A stretch of 64,000 nt of DNA from Betaproteobacteria bacterium (GTDB lineage: Bacteria; Pseudomonadota; Gammaproteobacteria; Burkholderiales; Thiobacteraceae), in contig JANYAU010000115.1 of assembly GCA_025361165.1 (NCBI GenBank), forward strand, positions 836 to 64,835. Reading direction: 5' to 3'. Shown piece by piece: positions 58,667 through 64,000 of this stretch. The stretch's first letter is position 1. Every line of letters starts with the position of its first letter. A program made the translations under genes and the position numbers. The notes beneath the pieces were generated by a model that did no database searches, was not told the DNA's origin, and was given only the letters and a program-made list of their open reading frames with translations.

Positions 58667-60397
58667 TTAAATGCTGTTTAGCCGCGCCAATAAACTGTGC
58701 ATTTTTTCGGATTCTTCGGTCTTCAACATTTTGGCCACGAGGCTGTGAATTTCCGGCAAGTTGGTTTTAAGCACTTGTTGCTTCACTGCCAGCAAATGCG
58801 CAGGATGCATGGAAAACTCGCGCAAGCCGAAGCCGAGCAGCAGGCGCGTGAGCTTGGGGTCGCCGCCCATCTCGCCGCATACCGCGACCGGCGTACCGAC
58901 GCGGTTCGCCGTGCGGATGGTGTGCGCCACCAATTGCAATACCGCCGGATGCAGCGGATCGTATAGATGCGCTACGGCGTCGTCGGTGCGGTCGATGGCG
59001 AGCGTGTATTGGATCAAGTCGTTGGTGCCGATCGACAGAAAATCTAATTTCTTGGCAAAGCTCTGCACCATGAGCGCGGCGGCGGGAATTTCGATCATGC
59101 CACCGACCTTGATGGCCTTGTCGTAGGGCGCGCCCTCTACATCCAAGCTCTCCTTGGCGGCGCGGATATGGTGCAGCGTCTGCTCCAGTTCCGAGAGCGT
59201 CGAGAGCATCGGCACCAGGATGTGAACCCGGCCGTAATGCGAGGCGCGCAAAATGGCGCGGATCTGGGTGCGGAACAAATGCGGTTCGGCTAGACATAAG
59301 CGAATCGCGCGCAGGCCCAGCGCCGGGTTCGCGCTTTGTCCGTGCTCCATTTGCGTGAGTTGTTTGTCCGCGCCCAAATCCAGCGTGCGGATGGTCACCG
59401 GCAAGCCTTTCAGCCCTTCCGCCACGGAACGGTAGGCGAGAAACTGCTCTTCCTCGTCCGGCAAGTCGGGCCGATTCATAAACAAAAATTCGCTGCGAAA
59501 TAAGCCGATACCGGCCGCGCCGTTGTCGCGCACCAGTGGCACGTCTTGCGGCAGTTCGATGTTGGCGTGCAACTCCACTGTTGTACCGTCGAGGGTGCGG
59601 GTCGCAGCGCTCGCCAGGCGCTTGAGTTTTTGCTGATCGATTTCCCATTGATTTTGCTTAATGCGGTATTCAGCCAGCACATGCTGGTCGGGATTGACGA
59701 TCACCACGCCTTGGCCGCCGTCCACAATCAGCAACTCGCGTTCGCGAATCAATTGCCGCGCATGGTGCAGCGCCACTACCGAGGGAATATTGAGGCTGCG
59801 CGCAAGAATCGCGGTGTGCGATGTGGCGCCGCCGACATCGGTGACGAAGGCCGCGAACTGGTGGCGCTTGAACAAGATCATGTCCGCCGGGGAGAGATCG
59901 TGCGCCACTAAAATACTGGCTTCCTCCGGTGTCGTGACGTTGGTCGGCACGCCGGGATGGCCGAGGAGCGCTTTCAGTACCCGCTCCACCACCTGAATCA
60001 CATCATTCTGGCGCTCGCGCAAATACGTGTCTTCGATGTTTTCGAATTGATCGAGCAGGTTTTCTAGCTGCTGCGTCAGCGCCCATTCCGCATTGCATTG
60101 CTGCGCTTCGAGCAACTGTCGCGGCACTTTGGACAGCGAGGAATCATTGAGTATCATCAAATGCACATCGAGGAAGGCTTCCACTTCCGGCGGCGCATTG
60201 GCGGGAATATGCGCGCGCATCGATTCCATCTCGTGGCGTGTGGCCTGAATCGCGCTATCGAAGCGCGCGGCTTCGGCGCTGATTAAGTGCTTGGGAAGTA
60301 CGTAATGCGGCACTTCGAGCGTGGCGTGCGAAACCAGATGCGCAAAGCCGATGGCGATGCCACCCGAGACGGCGACACCATGCATGGTAAAGCTCAT
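58667..60397 (-). CDS. ptsI: PTS enzyme I
   Basis: GGATSHTAILARS, GLFRSEF, NPALGLRAIR, SIGTNDLIQY. Confidence 0.96.
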   Translation of the reverse strand: MSFTMHGVAVSGGIAIGFAHLVSHATLEVPHYVLPKHLISAEAARFDSAIQATRHEMESMRAHIPANAPPEVEAFLDVHLMILNDSSLSKVPRQLLEAQQCNAEWALTQQLENLLDQFENIEDTYLRERQNDVIQVVERVLKALLGHPGVPTNVTTPEEASILVAHDLSPADMILFKRHQFAAFVTDVGGATSHTAILARSLNIPSVVALHHARQLIRERELLIVDGGQGVVIVNPDQHVLAEYRIKQNQWEIDQQKLKRLASAATRTLDGTTVELHANIELPQDVPLVRDNGAAGIGLFRSEFLFMNRPDLPDEEEQFLAYRSVAEGLKGLPVTIRTLDLGADKQLTQMEHGQSANPALGLRAIRLCLAEPHLFRTQIRAILRASHYGRVHILVPMLSTLSELEQTLHHIRAAKESLDVEGAPYDKAIKVGGMIEIPAAALMVQSFAKKLDFLSIGTNDLIQYTLAIDRTDDAVAHLYDPLHPAVLQLVAHTIRTANRVGTPVAVCGEMGGDPKLTRLLLGFGLREFSMHPAHLLAVKQQVLKTNLPEIHSLVAKMLKTEESEKMHSLLARLNSI

Positions 60398-60422
60398 GCG
60401 CTTCCTGACTGGGGGGAGGAGC

Positions 60423-60692
60423 TCATTCGCCCTCGCCGAATTTGTCGTTGATCAAAGTCAAAACGGCATGCATGGCGTCCGCTTCATCTGGGCCGTCGGT
60501 CTCGATGGCGATGGTGGTGCCTTTGGCGGCGGCCAGCATCATGACACCCATGATGCTTTTCGCGTTGACTTTGTTGCCGTTGCGCCCGAGATTGACTTCG
60601 CTCTTGAACTGATTCGCGATCTGCGACAGCTTGGCCGAGGCGCGCGCATGCAACCCCAGCTTATTGGTGATTTCAACGTCCTGTTGCAACAC
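60423..60692 (-). CDS. ptsH: Phosphocarrier HPr/NPr
   Basis: GLHARASA, NAKSIMG. Confidence 0.93.
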   Translation of the reverse strand: MLQQDVEITNKLGLHARASAKLSQIANQFKSEVNLGRNGNKVNAKSIMGVMMLAAAKGTTIAIETDGPDEADAMHAVLTLINDKFGEGE

Positions 60693-61086
60693 GGCATGCT
60701 TCCTTTGACACTTCGATCACTCCTTCGCGTCCCCCGCTGATGGCTTTTTCCACTAGCACCGACAGCGGCTCATTACGGTAAGTGAGCACGCGTACCAACA
60801 TCGGCAAGTTCACGCCTGCTACCACTTCCAACTTCCCCGGTTGCATCATACGGCAGCACACATTACAAGGCGTGGCGCCGTACATATCGCTCAGCACCAG
60901 CACGCCGTCGCCCTGATCCAGTTCTTCAATCAAGGCCTCTGCGCGCGGCAAGAGCGTGCCGGGCTCGTCGTGCAGCGCGACACCCATTTGCGCCAAATGC
61001 GGCGGATGTCCGCCAAAGACGTGATTGGCACAGTGAATCAAGCTTTCGCCCAATGTGCCGTGGGCGATAATCAGAATCCCGATCAT
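60673..61086 (-). CDS. PTS mannose/fructose-type EIIA component
   Basis: ILIIAHG, DMYGATPCN, GVNLPML; start at ATG 61086. Confidence 0.9.
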   Translation of the reverse strand: MIGILIIAHGTLGESLIHCANHVFGGHPPHLAQMGVALHDEPGTLLPRAEALIEELDQGDGVLVLSDMYGATPCNVCCRMMQPGKLEVVAGVNLPMLVRVLTYRNEPLSVLVEKAISGGREGVIEVSKEACRVATGR

Positions 61087-61131
61087 GAGAGACACCTGCT
61101 TTCTGTTCCGCGTTTCGCCGGTATTGCTTTT

Positions 61132-62154
61132 TTAGGGGCGCACCGGCTGGGCGCGCTGGGCCATGGTTTCCGACAAGGCTATTTTACCGCTTTCATCCAC
61201 GCGCATCGCGGCTTTGATGCCAAGGCGCAGGAGTTGGGTTTCCCAGCCGCTTGCATCGGCGATAAAGCCGGGCTTGGACGCAACATCCGAGAGCACGCCG
61301 GCATGGGGCCCGGGCGGTGCAAGCACGGTCAACGATTGGGTCTGGGATGCAGGATAGCCGGTGCGCGGATCGATGATGTGACAATAGCGCTTGCCATCAA
61401 GTTCAAAAAAACGCTGGTAATCGCCGGAAGTGCCAATCGCTTCGCCGTCACGCAAATCCAATTCGACGATTGCGCCCGGCTGACGCGGATGTTGCACCCC
61501 GATATGCCAAGGGTGCGCCCCGTGTTGCCCCAGCGCAATGAGATTGCCGCCGATGTTGACCAGCGCATTGTGGATGCCGTGGGCGCGCAAAATTTGCAGC
61601 GCATGATCCAACGCCAATCCCTTAGCATAGCCGCCAAAATCGAGTTGTACCGCGCGATTGCGACTGCTTGCCCAGCCCGCCGCGTCGATGCTGATATCGC
61701 TCATGCGTGGGTTAGCTTGGACTAAGGCCACGATTTTTTCCGGCGCCGGTTTGACCGGCTTGAACTCGTCGGATTGAAACCCCCACAAGGCAATCAACTG
61801 GCCAATGGCAGGGTTGAATAAATTATCCGAAGCTTTTGCATAATGGGTCGCGTCGCGAATCGCCGCCGCCAATTCGGGCGAGATCCGGTGTCGCTCGCCA
61901 CGGGCGAACGCCGCATTGAGTTCGGTCACCGGGCTCGGCTTCCAAGCGTGAAACGCATGGTGCAGTCGGTCGAATTCTTGCAGCACCGCGGCGCTGGCAG
62001 CGCGGGCTTGAGCGTTATTCACGCCGTAGATGCTGATCTCGACTTGGGTGCCGAAGACGAAGGATTGTTGCTGGTAGAGCGCTTCTTTGCTACAGCCACT
62101 GAAAGCCACGCACATGAACAAGGAAAAAATTGTGGTTAAAACGCCTTTCAGCAT
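61132..62154 (-). CDS. apbE: FAD:protein FMN transferase lipoprotein
   Basis: Lipobox FSGC, LDFGGYAKG, TSGDYQR, HIIDPRTG. Confidence 0.93.
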   Translation of the reverse strand: MLKGVLTTIFSLFMCVAFSGCSKEALYQQQSFVFGTQVEISIYGVNNAQARAASAAVLQEFDRLHHAFHAWKPSPVTELNAAFARGERHRISPELAAAIRDATHYAKASDNLFNPAIGQLIALWGFQSDEFKPVKPAPEKIVALVQANPRMSDISIDAAGWASSRNRAVQLDFGGYAKGLALDHALQILRAHGIHNALVNIGGNLIALGQHGAHPWHIGVQHPRQPGAIVELDLRDGEAIGTSGDYQRFFELDGKRYCHIIDPRTGYPASQTQSLTVLAPPGPHAGVLSDVASKPGFIADASGWETQLLRLGIKAAMRVDESGKIALSETMAQRAQPVRP

Positions 62155-63086
62155 TGCCGCTCTAGCGCGTCCACAAACATGCCCGCCACGTCGAACCCGG
62201 TCTGCGCGCTAATTTCTTGCATGCCGGTGGGGCTGGTGACATTGATTTCAGTGAGGTAATCGCCGATCACATCCAGGCCAACTAAGAATAAGCCGGCCGC
62301 TTTGAGCACGGGGCCGAGGGTCGCGGCGATGTCGCGGTCGCGTGGGGTGAGCGGTTGCGCCACGCCTTTGCCGCCGGCGGCCAGATTGCCACGCGTCTCG
62401 CCCGCTTTTGGGATGCGCGCCAGCGCATAAGGCACGGCCTCACCGTCGATGATTAAAATACGTTTATCGCCCTGGGCGATTTCCGGAATAAAGCGCTGCG
62501 CCATGATCGTGCGGTGGCCCAGCTCGGTCATGGTTTCCACGATGACATTCAGATTGACATCGGTGGCGGTGACGCGAAACACGCTCGCGCCGCCCATGGC
62601 GTCGAGCGGCTTCACGATCACGTCTTGGTGTTCGGTGATGAAGGCGTGAATCAACGCCGGCTGACGGGTCACCAGCGTCGGCGCCATGAATTGCGGAAAT
62701 TTGGCGATGGCCAGCTTCTCGTTGTAATCGCGAATCGCCGCGGGCTGGTTCAAAATATGCGCGCCCTGCGCTTCGGCCAGCTCCAGTAAGTAGGTGCTGA
62801 ACACATACTCCATATCGAAGGGCGGATCCTTGCGCATCAGCACCGCGTCGAACTCGGTGAGTGGCGTAGCGACAGCCTCTTCGAGCGCATACCAGCGCTT
62901 GGCGTCGTCCAGCATATCCAGTTTGCGTGCAAAGCCGATGACTTGATGATCGCGCAGTATGACATCGCCTTGCGCCATCACAGCTAGCGCATGTCCACGC
63001 TTTGCCGCTTCGCGCATGATGGCGAAGGTGGAATCCTTGTAGCTTTTGATGTGCTCGATCGGGTCGAGAATAATCGCGATGCGCAT
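62148..63086 (-). CDS. gshB: Glutathione synthetase
   Basis: KDSTFA, MRKDPPFD, RGNLAAGG, EINVTSPTG. Confidence 0.97.
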   Translation of the reverse strand: MRIAIILDPIEHIKSYKDSTFAIMREAAKRGHALAVMAQGDVILRDHQVIGFARKLDMLDDAKRWYALEEAVATPLTEFDAVLMRKDPPFDMEYVFSTYLLELAEAQGAHILNQPAAIRDYNEKLAIAKFPQFMAPTLVTRQPALIHAFITEHQDVIVKPLDAMGGASVFRVTATDVNLNVIVETMTELGHRTIMAQRFIPEIAQGDKRILIIDGEAVPYALARIPKAGETRGNLAAGGKGVAQPLTPRDRDIAATLGPVLKAAGLFLVGLDVIGDYLTEINVTSPTGMQEISAQTGFDVAGMFVDALERQC

Positions 63087-63095
63087 CGGCTCGTT

Positions 63096-64000
63096 TTAAG
63101 CGGCGGCTTGTTCGAGATTGAGCGGATCGGTGCGCGCCAACTCAAGCGAGGCCGCGAGCAATGCCAAACGCGCCACCACGCCGTAAGTGTAAAAGCGATT
63201 CGGCGGCGCATCGGGGCGGCCGCCGCAGTCGGGCATGGAGCAAGGGGTCTCGAATGCGAGTGGCACGAAGTGCATGCCCGGCGCGTTGAGGTTTTCGTCC
63301 ACGCCGCGGCTGGTGTGCACGCGGTAGAAGCCGCCGACCACGAAGCGGTCGATCATGTATACCACCGGCTCGGCAACGGCTTCGTTGATGTTCTCGAAGG
63401 TGTACACGCCTTCTTGAATAATCACATCCGAGACATGCAAGCCTTCTTTCACCACCGACATTTTGTTGCGTTGTTTGCGGTTCAAGTCGCGCACATCATC
63501 CGGCGATTTGGCGGTCATGATGCCCATGCCGTAGGTACCGGCATCGGCTTTGACGATCACGAACGGCTCTTCTTGGATGTCGTGTTCTTTATATTTTACG
63601 CGGATCGAATCGAGCAAATGGGCGACGTGCTCGGCCAGACATTCTTCGCCTTCGCGCGTCTGAAAATCCACCCGGCCGCAGGTTTCGAAATACGGGTTGA
63701 TCATCCACGGATCGATACCAATCAATGCCGCGAAATTTTCCGCGACTTTGTTGTAAGCCGCGAAGTGGTTCGATTTGAGGCGCGTGGCCCAACCGGCATG
63801 CAGCGGCGGGATCACCGGCTGATCCAAGCCTTGCAGAATCGCCGGAATACCGGCCGACAAATCGTTGTTGAGGATAATGGCGCAGGGGTCGAAGCCATCG
63901 AGTTTCACGCGATTGCCATCGCGGATCAAGGGTTCGAGCACGAGTTGCTCGCCGTTCGGCAAGTCGATAGGGGTAGGCGCGGTGATCTCGGGAATCAGCG
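63096..64000 (-). CDS. gshA: Glutamate--cysteine ligase, betaproteobacterial type (5' part outside the window)
   Basis: LNNDLSAG, KADAGTYGMG, AEPVVYMIDRFVVGGFYRVH; frame open to the edge; adjacent to gshB. Confidence 0.9.
   Translation of the reverse strand, partial: LIPEITAPTPIDLPNGEQLVLEPLIRDGNRVKLDGFDPCAIILNNDLSAGIPAILQGLDQPVIPPLHAGWATRLKSNHFAAYNKVAENFAALIGIDPWMINPYFETCGRVDFQTREGEECLAEHVAHLLDSIRVKYKEHDIQEEPFVIVKADAGTYGMGIMTAKSPDDVRDLNRKQRNKMSVVKEGLHVSDVIIQEGVYTFENINEAVAEPVVYMIDRFVVGGFYRVHTSRGVDENLNAPGMHFVPLAFETPCSMPDCGGRPDAPPNRFYTYGVVARLALLAASLELARTDPLNLEQAAA

Noticed and set aside
58667..61086. PTS genes without EIIB/EIIC as a novel system
   Set aside because: An incomplete, regulatory EI-HPr-EIIA set near gshB is common in betaproteobacteria.

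Overview
Chromosomal window from a GC-rich betaproteobacterium (gene content and protein style suggest Nitrosomonadales, possibly a sulfur oxidiser; this is inference). Most of it is housekeeping: lipA, gltBD, hemE, priA, argS-SPOR-dsbA, glmS-glmU-atp operon, phoBR, pilTU-yggS-proC-yggT-yggU-dynamin, lipB-ybeD-dat-dac, regulatory PTS genes and gshAB. The notable parts are: (1) an ECF sigma factor whose anti-sigma is fused to a Cys-containing DsrE-like domain, with the same GGAATA-N16-CGTCTT promoter in front of both of two convergent operons; (2) a 1.9 kb transposase-less Tn7-like relic 25 bp downstream of glmS, containing an inverted pair of XerC/D dif-like sites in a branched hairpin and AT-rich toxin-tip/immunity-like modules bounded by GGGGTCA-type motifs; (3) a second locus of the same module type downstream of lipA that shares a ~225 bp promoter/leader with the first; (4) a candidate oriC between hemE and priA; (5) a candidate ~65 nt sRNA next to an orphan NarL-type regulator; and (6) several small repeat families (GTAG-REPs, 9-mer palindromes, an in-frame heptamer array). 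No rRNA, tRNA or CRISPR array was seen. All calls come from reading the sequence by eye; no database searches were run.
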